Assembly (NCBI GenBank): GCA_008636045.1
Contig: SNRW01000027.1
Span: 1 to 39,364 of the forward strand
Direction of reading: 5' to 3'
From: Streblomastix strix
Taxonomy: Eukaryota
DNA length: 39,364 nt
The notes under the pieces are model-generated. The model had not been told where the DNA came from. It saw only the letters and a program-made list of their open reading frames with translations, and did no database searches. The translations under genes and the position numbers were made by a program. Shown piece after piece: positions 1 through 13,800 of the stretch (positions are counted from its first letter, which is position 1; each line of letters begins with the position of its first letter).

Positions 1-614
1 ATAAAGTCTTTCATAAAGTCAAGTTTAAATTATGGAACTTCAGTTTTTTTATGTTAATTTTCAATTATTTTAACTTAAAAATTATTAAATATTTAAATAC
101 ATAATAGTAAATATAGATCCTTGAAATAGATAATTAAAATTTATAAAAATATTATATATAAAAAAAAATTCGCCGAATTTTTGACCTCCAGTTTATATCA
201 AATCATAAGTATGAAATTTAACAAATTATTTGTTTTGAAAAATAGTAAATATTTGCCAATAAATAGTTTTTTTATTTGAGTGATATTAATTACAAATTAA
301 TTTTTTTATTTCAAATTGAAATTTTTGATTAAATTTAAATAAAATTTTTGATAAAATAAAATAAATAATATTATAATTATTAAATTAAATATTAAATAAT
401 AAATAATAAAAAATTATTTTTAGAAATTTAAAATTAAAAATATAAAAATAATATTTTAAATATTTAATTTAAAAATAAAAATTTATTTACTATTAAATTT
501 AATAAAAAATTTTAATAATATTATATCAACTTCACAATTTATATTTTTAACATAGTTTAAATTCTTTTTATAATCAATCTCTCTCTATTTAATAAATTAA
601 TATTATAAAATTGG

Positions 615-940
615 TAGAAGAAAAACATCTTAGAATTCATCATTCTCCGCTAATGTTAAGGGAGTGAATGGACATAATCTTCAGTATGACCCAGATATAA
701 AAATAGAACGCATGCTGAAGATCTTAAACCATTTCTAGCCGTATCAGAAAGTTTATTTTAGATTAGTACCGAAATGAAATTATTTAATAAAATTTATGGT
801 GAGTGAAACGTGATTAGATCTTTCTAGCTGATGTTATAAGTTTCAAGGTATGGTACAAGTTAAATTAATCATGTTTTATGACGTCTCTATGCTCCAGTCC
901 AATTACCAATCATATATTGATTTGCGGCTAGTATTAAAGT
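615..940 (-). pseudogene. Fragment resembling the N-terminal (core-binding) part of a DIRS-type tyrosine recombinase ORF
   Basis: Minus strand, TAR=Gln: MIGNWTGAQRRHKT*LIQLVPYLETYNISQKDLITFHSPQILLNNFISVLIQNKLSDTARNGLRSSACVLFLYLGHTEDYVHS. The layout (W..RR..L..L..YL......L....P...N) parallels the YR N-terminus of the element at 19546 (TWRKGRAGLPSIANYLKQNNINTSTLLGNKPDVELVN). One in-frame TGA. Assignment is by pattern recall. Confidence 0.4.
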
Positions 941-3900
941 GAATAAATTAAAAATCATCAAATGTTTAAAAAAAAAATTTCGATATATTAAACAATAATA
1001 ATCGAACTTTAATAACTTTCCATTAAAATTTTGAAAATTAATTATTGTAGTTCAGCCAGAACTTAAAATTTTATTATAAATTTCGAACGAATATTAATAC
1101 TTTTTGTCGAAAATTTAAAGCACTAGTATTTTATAAGATAAATACTTATTTTTATACTGAAATAGAATGGAATAAGCTAAAAAAGAATAATAATTATGAA
1201 GATCTGAGTGATATGGTGAAAGAAAACCGTAATATTAATTTATCTGATGATATAATAGATCAATTTGAATTAATTGAATGTGTTTAATTGGATCAATTTG
1301 TAGAAGGAGAACATGACTTTATTTTAAATGCTATAATTGACTTGTTTTGGAAGAAAAATATTGAAGAATTCGAAATAAAATAAATTCTATTGAAAAATAT
1401 ATCTCATATATAGAATTAAAATCAAGAAATTGGGATTATTAATATTAGCAATTCTGTAGAAAATCAAATAAACGGTTTTAAACGATTCGCTTGAAACAAA
1501 ATATTCGGGAAAAATGAAAGCAAAACCAACAGTATTTTAATCAACGTTCAATTCAAATACACATTAACTGATTTTATAGTTAATTTGAAATTAAATTAGA
1601 AATCATTCAAATTTCAATTAATAATTAAATAATTGATAATATTTTTTTCATAAAAAGAACATTTGTATTTTGATTAGTAATTTGTATTTAAAAAAGAATT
1701 GAAATTATGCTTAATAAAATGTCTCAACTTCATTCACAAACGATCTCACCCTCAACAAATGATTTAATGAATTAAAAATGAATAATTTTTCATGAATTTA
1801 TGTAATTATCATGTGAATGTTACAATTGAAGAATGAATAAAAATGCAGAATTTGGTTGAATTATAACATTCCAAAGGTTAGCATTATTCATCATTCCTCT
1901 ATAATTATGAACATAAGAACATAATTCCTAAACAAATTTTAAGTGAAAAATTCATCCGTCTTTTGTTGAGTTATTAGCAAAAATAATTTATTCCATATTA
2001 TCACCAGTTTCTGCCTTAATATTGTTATATTTTTCAAATATAATAATGGTATTATATATAGTACCATTATTTTTATTACATTCAACGATAGCATATGCAG
2101 AAAATGTTTGAAAACTTCAATAATAATTTAGCTTATAAAATAGTTATGTAGTGAGATTAAGTTAATGAACGAATTTATTTTTTAATTTTTTTATGCATAA
2201 ATTCATTTAGATTAAATATTATTAACTTGAATGTCATTATTCAAATGTCTCATATAAAATTCCTACCAAATATTGAAATCTATTTAATTTTAATTAAGTT
2301 AATGTACCTTTTTATTTATTGGTTAAAAATCGATTATCTTTTCGAAACTAAAGTCATATCTTTCGATTGTGCTGGCATTTTATTAAACTATTAATTTTCG
2401 ATATTTTCATTCATTTGAAACACTTTTTTTTAGTAATTTTGATAAAAAATAATTTTATAAAAGATATATATTTAGTTAATTAATTTATTTAAATTTATTC
2501 ATTGAACAAAGTTCAAAAATTTTATCTAAAAATCTGTTTTTTCTCAAATTTTATCTAATCCAATGAGAAATTTTATCTCAATTGCATAATTATTTTAATG
2601 ATTACATAAATATATTTTATACGTAGATATATTAGTCAACTTGTATGATATCTAGTAAAAGAATTCAAATTTGACGAATTAGATATATATATTCCATATA
2701 GCTTATTATAAACTCAAAAAAAATTTGTCGAATTTGCAAAAGTATCTTTTCATCATGATTATTAAATTATTTTTGTTGAACTCAACAAAAATTAATTTAT
2801 ATTTACTCATATCATAATTTTATGTATTATATATAATACAAATATTCAAATATTTTCAAGAATTTGAAAAATTAAGTTTTTACTATCAGGTAGAATATTT
2901 ACTTTATTCGAAATTTTTGTTATTGAAATATAACTTTAAATTTCAGAGATATGAATTTTTGTAGATATTTGATGTTATAAGAAAAAAATATTAAAATATT
3001 TTTTTACAGTATATAAATTCACCGAAACAGCTTTAAAATTATCTATAATTTTTCGATATTTAAATTTTATGCTAGAGTGAGAATAAATAAGTTTTTTAAG
3101 TACAAACGTATATTTAATATTTAAATGTTAAAAAAATATAATAATATTGACAATTAGTTTTGAATCGTAGATTAATGAAGATTGATATTCCATAAATTCA
3201 ACTTCATGTTATCTCCAATTAAATTTTGAAACAATCATGTGGAATTAGTCATCATACTGCTGACAATCTTTAGTCTAATATTAATGAAAAAAAATATATA
3301 TTTTCTTTAGATAGTGAACTACTTACTAGTTATAAATTTTATTATTTTGAACTAAAACAATAGTTAAATCTACTAATAAAATCAATATAAGGGCTTATAA
3401 AATTTAAATAAAGATAGTAGTAACATATAGACAGTAAAAAACTGACAAGTTTTAAGTAAGTAAAAAATTATAGTTTTAACTGAAATAAGAATATTAGTGT
3501 AAATTGATTTAGAATTAAACAACAAATTATAGATTTATAAAATTAATAATTATTAGTCAATTTTGCTGAAAATAACATCTCAAAAATAATTGGATATCAG
3601 GTATCTAAACTTAATCTTGGAATTTTGATAATTCGGTCATTCCGTAGCAAAAAATCGTCGAATAATTTTCGAATGAAAAATTTAAGTGAATACTGTAGTT
3701 GACACAATATTGCATAAACCACTATTTCATAATAATTGTAATTGATAACGGACAACATTTTCAGATAGGTAGAACTTAATTACTGACAATTTAACAAATT
3801 AATTTATAGAATATAATGTTATTGGTTTTAAATATTAATTTTTTAAATTAAAATTTTTTAATATATAAATTTTTTAAATAATTTAAATAATATTTTTTCA

Positions 3901-4365
3901 ACTTCATAATTTATATTTTCTTAAAATAATTTAAATTATTATTATAATTTCCAATTTTCTATTAATTCTCATCAAATTTTATTAGAGTAAAATCCTTATT
4001 GAAATATAAATATTATAGGCAAAAAAAACTTTCTCAATGCATTATTCTGCATTATAAACTCTTTTGTTCTCATTTTTTATAGAAATTATGAGAACATGGG
4101 AAGTGACAAATATAAAAAAAAATTAAAAAATAAACTAAATTCTATACTACGATTTTTAATATATTTTTTAAAAAAATGATTAATAAATAATTTAAAAGGA
4201 AAATAAATATTTGAATTTTTTTATTAAATTTAGTGATTTATAGTGATTAAGGAAAGAAATAGTGATGTTTGCAATTGAAGTAAGTTATTGAATTCGATTC
4301 AAGAAATGTTTATCACTTTCCTGGTTCTCATTATTAGAGACTAGATAAACGAGTCATAAAACATC

Positions 4366-4496
4366 AATGAATTTATTTAAATTGGCACGAGAAAATGGAA
4401 TAGATAGTGAATGACTTTTGACTGTTCCGAGTGTTCCGAGTGTTCCGAGTCAAAAACTTTCATCAAAAACTGCTGCCAGCCTGCCATTCTGCCAGA
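4366..4496. repeat. Left inverted repeat bracketing the integrase module; contains (TGTTCCGAG)x3 and CTGCCA-type triple repeats
   Basis: The reverse complement ggcagaatggcaggctggcagcagtttttgatgaaagtttttga matches 6413-6457 ggcagattggcaggctgacagctgattcttatagaaatttttga. Weaker similarity continues outward to about 4366/6509. Confidence 0.65.
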
Positions 4497-4949
4497 AATG
4501 AGAAAACTAAATAAAAATAAATAGGGTTCAAAGGTTGATTTGCTCATTGATTGAGTCGTTAATATCATCGTTGATGACCCCATTGATGTCTTTTTTATTG
4601 TCATATTTTTTAATCAATTCATTTATTGTTATCAAATCATTAATATTAATGATTATTTTTTTTAGTTTTTTAATTATTAATAATTGCATATCATTAACTT
4701 TTGAAGCATAATTTGTTTAATTTTATTTATATCTAATTCTTGCATTTTTGCGTTGCTCTCTTGCAGCAATAGTTGCTTACTCTTTAATAATATATTTCTT
4801 TGACTTCACTTATTTTAATAAATTTTTTGGATCTAGTTGTGTTGATTCATTAACTGGTTTGATAATTGGTTCGATCTTTGCCATTTATTATCCTATAAAA
4901 AACATTAATTTTATTTCTACTAATTAAAAACTCTTTTGCATAATATTCT

Positions 4950-5826
4950 GAAATTTATTCTTTATTATTATATGATTATTTATAATTAGATGAAGATATT
5001 TTAGTATATTTATATTATAGGAAAGATTTAATAATCAACATAAAACATTATAATTTACATATCTAATGGTCTCCACTAATTAATTGAAATTTTTTATTTA
5101 TTTCATAAATTTTTATTAAGTTTTTTAGAAATCAAGATATATTAATATTATATTTCCTGCTTTAAATGATAGCAAGCTATCATATTTTTATCTCGCCAAT
5201 TATCTCTCTAATTTTGTCATATATGAACTAATATTTTATCCTTCTAAATCTCTTGACCATTGAATTTAATATGGAGTATATTTATTTTGAAACGCAAGAT
5301 ATGGTGTCCTTTTAAACATACCTACAATTATTTATATTTATTAATTCTTGGAATAACTATTAAATTTATGAACAATTATTTTTTTTATTGTACGAATAAC
5401 CGAATCAACAATCCTATTATGATTAGAGAATTTTGAATAAGTGAAATAACAATTAATCATATATTTTGAACAAATTAAAGCAAAATAAGAACCATTAAAT
5501 CGTTTCTCTTCTTCACCATAAATATTACTTAAATAATAAATTTTTAATTAATTTTAATCATCATACAACTACTTATGCGTCTGATTTATTTGTCAAGAGA
5601 TGTACTTCAAAATGTTTTGTGTAAATATTTATGCAAAATATATATATTCTTGTTTATTTTTTTGGGTGGATTTAATTTATATTTCTTATTTTTTCTATTT
5701 TCTTCAAAGATAGCTGCATTATATTCATCATTACTTTAAAATATGGCTTGGTAAACAGAAAAGATTATTTCTATCTCACCACTTCCTAATTTTGAAGCGA
5801 AATAAAGTCGTTTTAGTCTTTATAAC
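4950..5826 (-). pseudogene. Retroviral-type (rve) integrase of Polinton/Ginger type, degenerate
   Basis: TAR=Gln translation gives YIFCINIYTKHFEVHLLTNKSD (~5580-5645), then after a frameshift NIYGEEEKRFNG...SKFSNHNRIVDSVIRTIKK...KRTPYLAFQNKYTPYQIQWSRDLE...LLSFKAGNIILI. These are integrase core-like blocks (second acidic-residue region, NxxVDxxIRT helix, decayed N-x-TPH..TP motif). TGA stops and frameshifts are present. Confidence 0.7.
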
Positions 5827-6412
5827 GATTTTTTTTCATTTTTCATCGATAATTAAATATTTTGTTAATTTTAAAAAAAAATTATTTATTGATTTATTCA
5901 TATAATTTTATTTTTATTTTAATTAATAATTAGACAAATCCTCTGAAACTGACTTATTAAATGAGAATTTTGAACTGGATGAAGAAATGAATGAAAGACC
6001 GGCATATCATACTTTTGTTTATTCTTTTATGCATTTGTTTATTTTTTTATTTATTCGAATATTTTTTATATTTAAATTGCGATTAAACTGAAATATAATA
6101 ATAGTACCACTTCGCTACAGTTCCTTTCTCAGTAATTATTTCAATATATTTTCAATAATTACGATAATAAGTTTTTTTTGGAGTTTAAAAAATTGTTTTT
6201 ATAAAATCCGAGAGATTTATTCTTTATAAAACTCTATGTACTTTATCAGCTATATCTTGTCGAATTTTAAATTTATATTTATCACGTTGATAGTTAGCAC
6301 CAGATAAGGTCTGAAATTTATTCTCATTAAAACCGTTTCCGTATTTTATTTGATTTCTTTAAAATATTTATCAGTTTATGTTCAATTCAATAATAACATC
6401 AATTAACAATGA

Positions 6413-6509
6413 GGCAGATTGGCAGGCTGACAGCTGATTCTTATAGAAATTTTTGATAATGTTCATTATATTCACCCAATCCGCTCGACCAATTCAATAG
6501 TTATTCATT
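6413..6509. repeat. Right inverted repeat bracketing the integrase module
   Basis: Inverted, diverged copy of 4366-4496 that lacks the 9-bp triple repeat. Confidence 0.65.
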
Positions 6510-6579
6510 TATTAAGCCAAATTATCGGAATAAATTATTTTATAGAAGTCATAGACTCTTCCTATGGCCACCAATCATT

Positions 6580-7650
6580 AATATCCAATTATATTAATAT
6601 ATGAAAATAACTGATAACTGTTATTGAAAAAGAATCGAGTACATCACTAGTTTTCAAGTATAACTATGTTATTTTGAATTGAGGTTAATCTAATTTTATA
6701 TATTTATACTTTAGGCATTTATTTATTTCTATAACCGAGAATAATATTTTGAGCTTAAATTTATTCGCCATTTAATGATTTTTTGAATGCTTCATCGTTT
6801 AAATGAACATTTTATTTTTATATTATTCCTTTCAAACAATAATTATAATTCTTTTCATTCTCACTAAATTTTAGATAATAATTTTAACGAATTTTAGAAG
6901 CTAGAGCAATGCATGCGGTTTTTTCTGCGCCATAACTGATATCAAACAAATAATTTTATTAGCTGTTGAATATTGTATAATTTTTATCATAATATTATTA
7001 ATTATTGTTGACGTTTTTAAACATCTACATATATCTTTCCATTGCATTAAGGTTCCAAATGTTGGCCCAAGACATTGAATCATAATCACCGCAAATATAG
7101 GGCATCTTATTCAATTCGAAAGCATAGAATTAAAAATTATAAAAAAAAATTGTTTCAATATTTGCTTTTTTCAAGTACGAAATAGTTGATTTTAGGCGAA
7201 TGTTGCAGTTAATGCTTTCAGAATTAAATTATTTAGCAAATAAATCTTTTTTGAATTGTTAATCATTAACGAATGAACCTTAGAGATGAGATATCCATAT
7301 TCTATCAGAGCTTAAAAAATTTTATTTGCGAATATTTTTTTTTAATTCGTACCATCACTTCCATAGCTTGAGTTCATAGTTAATTTATAAAATTATTCTT
7401 TTTCATTATTTTTTTCATTTATTGCTTCTATTCTTTGATTCTAAAAAATTTTAGTAAATAGATTGAATCTATCTTATTTGGAGAATGTATTATTATATTA
7501 AATATCATCATTAATGAAATGAAAATAATCAATGAGAAGCCACAAATCGTAGTTATTGAAAGACATGAATTGTCCATTAGTTGATAATAAATTTGTAAAT
7601 TTTCGATCAATTTTATATTAAAAATATATTTAAAGATTTTAATTGGATAA
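6580..7650 (-). pseudogene. Protein-primed family B DNA polymerase (Polinton/Maverick-type), C-terminal half
   Basis: RKFTNLLSTNGQFMSFNNYDLWLLIDYFHF...QRIEAINEKNNEKEQFYKLTMNSSYGSDG contains motif B (KxxxNSxYG) at 7360-7386. YICGDYDSMSWA is a decayed motif C (DTDS) at 7076-7090. CIALASK and KGIIQKQN follow downstream. Motif A and the exonuclease half were not found; frameshifts present. Confidence 0.85.
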
Positions 7651-7869
7651 TTCAAAAAATTTAAAATCATCATTTTAATGTCTTGATTTCGATCAACAAA
7701 CTGCGTGGGCATATATAAAGACAATAGAGTGGTTGTTGGCATTTCGTGCTTAATCGCTTTTTATATTCCAATTCAACTGGTCGCATACTAGTATATCATT
7801 ATTTTGAGACTATCAAGTGATTTAGTTTCAAATACATTGTTCATCAATCAATTAACAAATATATAGTAC

Positions 7870-10025
7870 ACGGTGGTGAAAAGTCCGTATCCTGGACTTA
7901 TCTTTTCGTGTATGCAAATATGAATTAAACTATATATATGGACCACATATTTGAATATTTACATTTTTTTCCCGCTCCATTTTGATCGCAGCATAGTTAG
8001 GAGAATCATAGATGGCTCTTGCTTCCCAACAACTTGAAGGCTTCTCGGACGTGGTTCCTTGCTAACTTGTTTTGCTTCTAATTTCATATTCATTAATTGA
8101 TTATATCTTTTATCGATGTATTACACCATTTTCAGTGACCTCACCTAATTCCGGAGATTTATTTATTAAAAGCAGCTAAATTTTTGGTGGTGAAATATTT
8201 ACATTTCCAGAAACTTATTTATGAGTGCATTTGATGTGAAACAATCCTTGAAAAATCACAGATTCAGTTTTTTAATTTTTTAATACCTTTTGTGTCATAG
8301 TTAATATCTTTGAATCATATTTAGTCTTCATTTCATTAGGTTCTTATATCATTTGCAAGCTACATATTGCATATATTGTCAGTTTTATCTATTAATTTAT
8401 GGTTGTAATATTTATAATCGTTTGATGCTGCATAAATTTGCGTCCAAAATCCGTTTTATTTGAATCAATTTGATTAGTAAAAACAGTAATGAGGTGATTA
8501 TAGAAGTTTTTGTTAAATTAATCTCTGGAATTGTATCACGTTTGATGAAGACCATTAACAGCATCCAATAGTCATTTTTTTGAGTCAACTGTTTTCATTG
8601 GCTATGTGTACGATTGCAGGCACAGATCAATCATTGTTTCATCATATTCAATTCCAAAAACTTCGTTCTTTTCTATTTTTTCCATTACTATTTTTTAATT
8701 TTTAATCTCTTTTTCTGAAAATTTAAATATCTATTATGCTGCGAACTTAATTAATTCTATTATTGCTTCTGTTATTTATTGATACATCTGGGAATGTATG
8801 TTATTTAAATCAGCTACTCTATCAATGATATTTTGTGGACCTGGGATGTATGATCCTCTTAAAAAATTACAAAGATTATGTGTAATCACTTAATCAAAGA
8901 CAGTTTGAGTTTAATCCATATCATACATCGTATTCAAATTATTTCTTTTCTTCTTCAGAAAGACTTAATTCATTTGATTTCGATCATTCGGAAGGTTATT
9001 GCATCATACGATCATCATTTCTTATTGGCTGTTTATGTTTTGTTAAATCGTTGGTTTTCTGATATTTAGGTTATTACCTTATTTATTTTGGGATTGACTA
9101 CAAATTAGGTAGGCTAATCGAAATCTATTGTTTACTAACTGTTGGATAAAATAGATTTTTAAGAAGATTTTAGTTTTTATTTGGATTATATCGGAAATTT
9201 TGTCAATTTTCCTGAGTGTTGGAAGAGAACCTGTGATAATTGTTTTCTTTGTATTTAAATATACAAATGTGGTGACTATAAATTAAATAAGTTAGATATA
9301 CTTTACGGATTTTGATTCGTTAACAAAATTTAATTAATGAATGGTAAAACCGCTGATATTAAAGTTTCAGTAATACTTTTTTTTGAAAAATCTTGTGTAC
9401 ATTTAGCTTGCTTTAATACCAATTTACATCAAATTAAGTCATCAACTTGCTATGAGTTATACAACTTCAATTTTTGAACAGTTTCTCTTATAAAATGCAC
9501 GATTTTTGTCAAATAAGTATCTAATAATACAAAATATTTTTCTTCAATCTTTTGTAATGCTCGAAACGACGATAAAATCTAATTGTTATATCTTTGGCGT
9601 ATCACTTATGAAGCTAGTGATTTTTATAAATTTTTCTTGATCTATTGTATCCATATGCGCTCGTGTTATTTATACCTTGTAAATCATGTCACTTATATTT
9701 AGAAACGTTCATAAGTTGAATTTCGGTGTTGTCAACTTGTCTCATTTGAAATTTTATGTCAAAGTTCCTTGCAATAGTTTGTACTGCCGTACAGTTTCGT
9801 TTCTATTCTTGCAAGAATTATGTCTAACATCAGTATCGGTTGATATAGTTTATTATTGAATTTTGGTTGATACTTTCTTGTCACCAGTTCTATAACTTCT
9901 TTTTCACATTATCAAGCTTCTATGACCTGCTCTTCAAGCAGTTCATCGATCTAAAAATCTATTAATATAAATCACTGATCGGAACTCGACTAGTATATTT
10001 GCCGCACCTGTGTGTTAACCATTCT
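7870..10025 (-). pseudogene. Long intronless degenerate ORF of unknown function
   Basis: Higher GC than the flanks. Long minus-strand stretches read as protein with TAR=Gln (e.g. NEVFGIEYDETMIDLCLQSYTQPMK; FLRGSYIPGPQNIIDRVADLNNIHSQMYQQITEAIIELIKF) but are broken by scattered TGA and frameshifts. No family recognised. Confidence 0.45.
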
Positions 10026-10814
10026 TTTTCAGTTTTTAAAATGATTACTTCATTGTTTATATCGTTTGGGGAATATGATTGACAAAATACTTCAAATAGT
10101 CGATGACAATCACTTTATAAAGATAAATTTGTAGAATATAATATATACATAGCTCAATTGCCAAAGAGGGATTTTTGGTAATTAATTAAATTTATTTTAA
10201 AAAAAATTCTTAATATCAGTAAATTAAAAATAAAGTCGAAATGCTTAGAAATTTATCTTCTTAATTATTAGAAATTATAATAAAAAAATCCATTATTATT
10301 TAGAAAAGAATTGTTTGATGACCAGAAATCGTCATTAAATAAAATATATATTTTTCAATAATATTTAACTATATCTAGTAGCAATACATCAATGTAATAA
10401 ATTTATGCATCATTTTAGTAAGAAAATTAATTCGTAATTTAATTTAACAAACACTCTCCGGAAAATTATTTAAATTTTAATTTGTACAATATTTATTATA
10501 GTCAATAAACATTAAAACATATTTTAATTATAAAACATATACATAAGCCTTGACACTCTTAAACACCAATTTTTTTCAAAAATTCTAAATAATTTCACAA
10601 CCAGATTAAATTTATATTACTTTTTGATTTGATTTACCCCTAATTTTCATTTCATTTAAATTTTTATCTTAACTCAAATTCTATATATATATTTTAATTT
10701 ATTACGAAAAAATAAACAAATTTAAGTCCTTTCTATTTTATTATAAATATATTTTTCACTCTATTTATTTTTTTAATTATTTTATTATCTTTTTTATAGA
10801 ATTTCAATCATCTC

Positions 10815-13800
10815 ATGTAAAATATCAACGAGTTATTCGAAGTTGTAGTTGAATATGTTTATTCAGATGGAGATTCCCCATTTTTGCTTCCCATCTCCAA
10901 AGGTGAAATCGTGGAAGTTATACAGAAAGAGCTGAAACAATACACAATTGAAAAAGATGGAGTTGTTATTAAAATTCCATCTTCATATCTTCGTCCATAC
11001 TAATCTGAATCATCTACAGACACGAGTTACGATTATAATACTTAATCGGGTTAATCTAGTAAAGCTGAATTAGAGAATAAATAGAATGATATTGATAATA
11101 ATATTTCTACACCATAATCAACTCATATTTTGCTTAATAGTAATGGACTTAATGAAACAAAGCATTCTGATGATGAACATATTAATAGGAATGAAATCAG
11201 TCATGAAGAAAATTAAATTGATGTTTATGAATAATAATTATCTACAAATCAATAAGATACAAGAAATGTTACACTCGAATAGTTACAAGAATAAATATTC
11301 GAAATAGATTCACTTATTGAGTCTGATGCATCACTTCAAACAATATTCACTAAATTTGCAGAAGTTCTTCGAGGAGACAAACTCGTAATTATTGGAGATG
11401 AATCAGAAATTGCTGATGAACTTCGTGAATTTGCAGAGAAAACAACAAATAATGTAATTAAAGTAATTTAGAAGAACGTCAAAACAGCAGTGGATATTGA
11501 CGCATGTATTGAATCAGGTCTTGTTTCAGAGATGGTTGATCTATCAAAAAGCGCACCTGCAACTGGAATTACAATGAAAATGATTGAATTAATTTGGTAA
11601 ATGTGTTTAAGAAGTAAGTTTTCACAAACTCACAAAATGTTTGAACTAAAAGTTGCTGAATCATTATTCTCAATGGTTGGATAAAGTAGCAGATTTGTTA
11701 CTGTTCATATAATTAAGATACTCACAAACATCACAAAGAAAGGATGGAAAACTGCAAATGTACAATAAGCACTTTCTACTAATTCTTAATCTGAACAAAA
11801 ATCCAATTAAACACAATAATTTAAATAAGGAATTCCTTTGTAAGTGAAATAAAAGTCTCCTTTCTAAACATAATAAGTATCACCTCATTTTAATTTATAA
11901 TCTTCTTAATTTTCATCACCATAAGAATCTTATTATCCAATTATAAAACAATATTCATCCACATTAACACATCCTAGCAATTATCCATCATAATCATAAA
12001 TTTATAATCAGAAATAGAATTAATAACATCAAATAATCAAACCAATGTCATTTAACTAACTTCCACAGAAATTGCAGAGTCTTCTTGTTATTCCACATCC
12101 ATATTTAGTAACATTTGAATAATAAGGCATAATTAATGGTTTAATAGATAAGATATTGTTGGATAATGATATTCGTGCTTATGAGAAGAACTTGACATGC
12201 GAGTTATTAGATTCAATTTATTAAGAAGGAGCAAAGCTTCCATAATAAGTTCAATAAATTATAATAATAAATCTGAATTAATAAATAACATCAATTAGTA
12301 GAAGAATGAAAAATTAAAGAATGCAAATAAAAATGTCTTCAAGTCGTAATGATACAGAAATGAACAGTGTTCATGTATTATAAGCACTTGCATTTCTAGC
12401 TGTAAATAAAGGTAGAAATTTATTTAATATGAATTATAATATAATATAAAATTAAATATTATTATAATTAATCTTTGTTTCATATTATATTGAATTCTAA
12501 TTTTTTTAATAAATTTTTTCTTTACTTTTATATTATTCAGAAAATCACAATACTATTGTAGAATCTGGTTTTATTTATGTTGCTGTTGAATTCATCAGGT
12601 ATTTATTAACATAATATTTTATGTAATATTAAAAAAATTTTCTTTAATTATGTTATAAATTCTTTTTTATTCATTTATATTTTTTTATTTTGATTTCCTT
12701 TATTTATTTTTTATCAGAAAAGAAGTAGAAGGTCATAAAGTTGAGCCAGAAATCATCAAACTCTGCCTTCAAATATTCCAAATGCTTTTCTTATATGGAA
12801 CAATAACCACTCAATAATTAATTCACCAATAAATCGAATCAAATACACTAGAAATATTGAAAAACATCCCCGAATATGAAACCGAAGCTAAAATACTTGA
12901 ATCAGCATTTTCTGATCCAGTTACTATGGAAAATCTAATGAAGATTCGCAGATCTGTTGAGAATAAGAATTATGAATATCTCATTGAAATAATTCGTTCT
13001 GGTTTGCTAACTGTACTTAATATTGGAATTGAATAAGCTATTGATTAAGGATCATGTTTTGAAGGGAAACTTGGAATAATTGTTGAAATCTTCTTATGTT
13101 TGATCCGAGATAATAAAGATGCATGTAAAATTGTAATTGAAGAAACATACTTCATTGAAAGATATTTAGGCCTTCTTAATACAATTAAACTCAATATAAT
13201 CAAACCATCATATTTATATCCGTTGCAAGTGCCATTCAAAAATATTCCTATTAAATAATAATTATAATTATATAATAAGGGTACTATTGAAACAATGAGT
13301 ATAATGATTGGTTCATTAGATGAATCTGTTCGTCTGATTGCAACAGATATAATTGGAAATATTGTAATCAGTGGAGTTGAAGGAATAAAAGCTGGATAAA
13401 AACATCCATTTCATGAAAGATTAAGTTCTGATGGAACAATTAATAGATTAATTGATATATTTAATGATATTAATAAAGAAGATATCCATTTCTATATTAA
13501 AAGGATATTAGTGTTTCTTTTCAAAGCTGCAGCACTTCCATCTTAAATTGTATTATATGTGATCAAAGAACTAAAATAATGGAATGACTTCAAAGAAATC
13601 GCACTTCTTGCTGAATGTGAAGGTTAGTAAATTATTTATTTATAAATGTTATTAATTATTTTAAAATGAAAATCATTTATTATTTATATTTAGTTAGAAG
13701 TAATTCTTATATATTTTTATTTAAATTATATTAATTATCAGCCAACCATGATATAATATTAAAGAATAACTATGAGAAATTGTTACTATAAGAAGAATTT

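Noticed and set aside
163..182. Inverted repeat aaaaattcg-c-cgaattttt
   Set aside because: Short, mostly A/T and isolated; expected by chance.
1140..2150. Plus-strand coding-like fragments
   Set aside because: Broken by TGA and frameshifts, with no recognisable family and no definable gene model.
2700..3720. Possible very old hAT transposase remnant (HHTADNLQSNINE, FRMKNLSE)
   Set aside because: Only two weak motif echoes, with no DDE residues or TIRs demonstrable.
526..3965. Similar AT-rich segments at 526-590 and 3897-3965 (tcaacttca.aatttatattt)
   Set aside because: Short and low complexity; cannot be distinguished from compositional similarity or a common intergenic motif.
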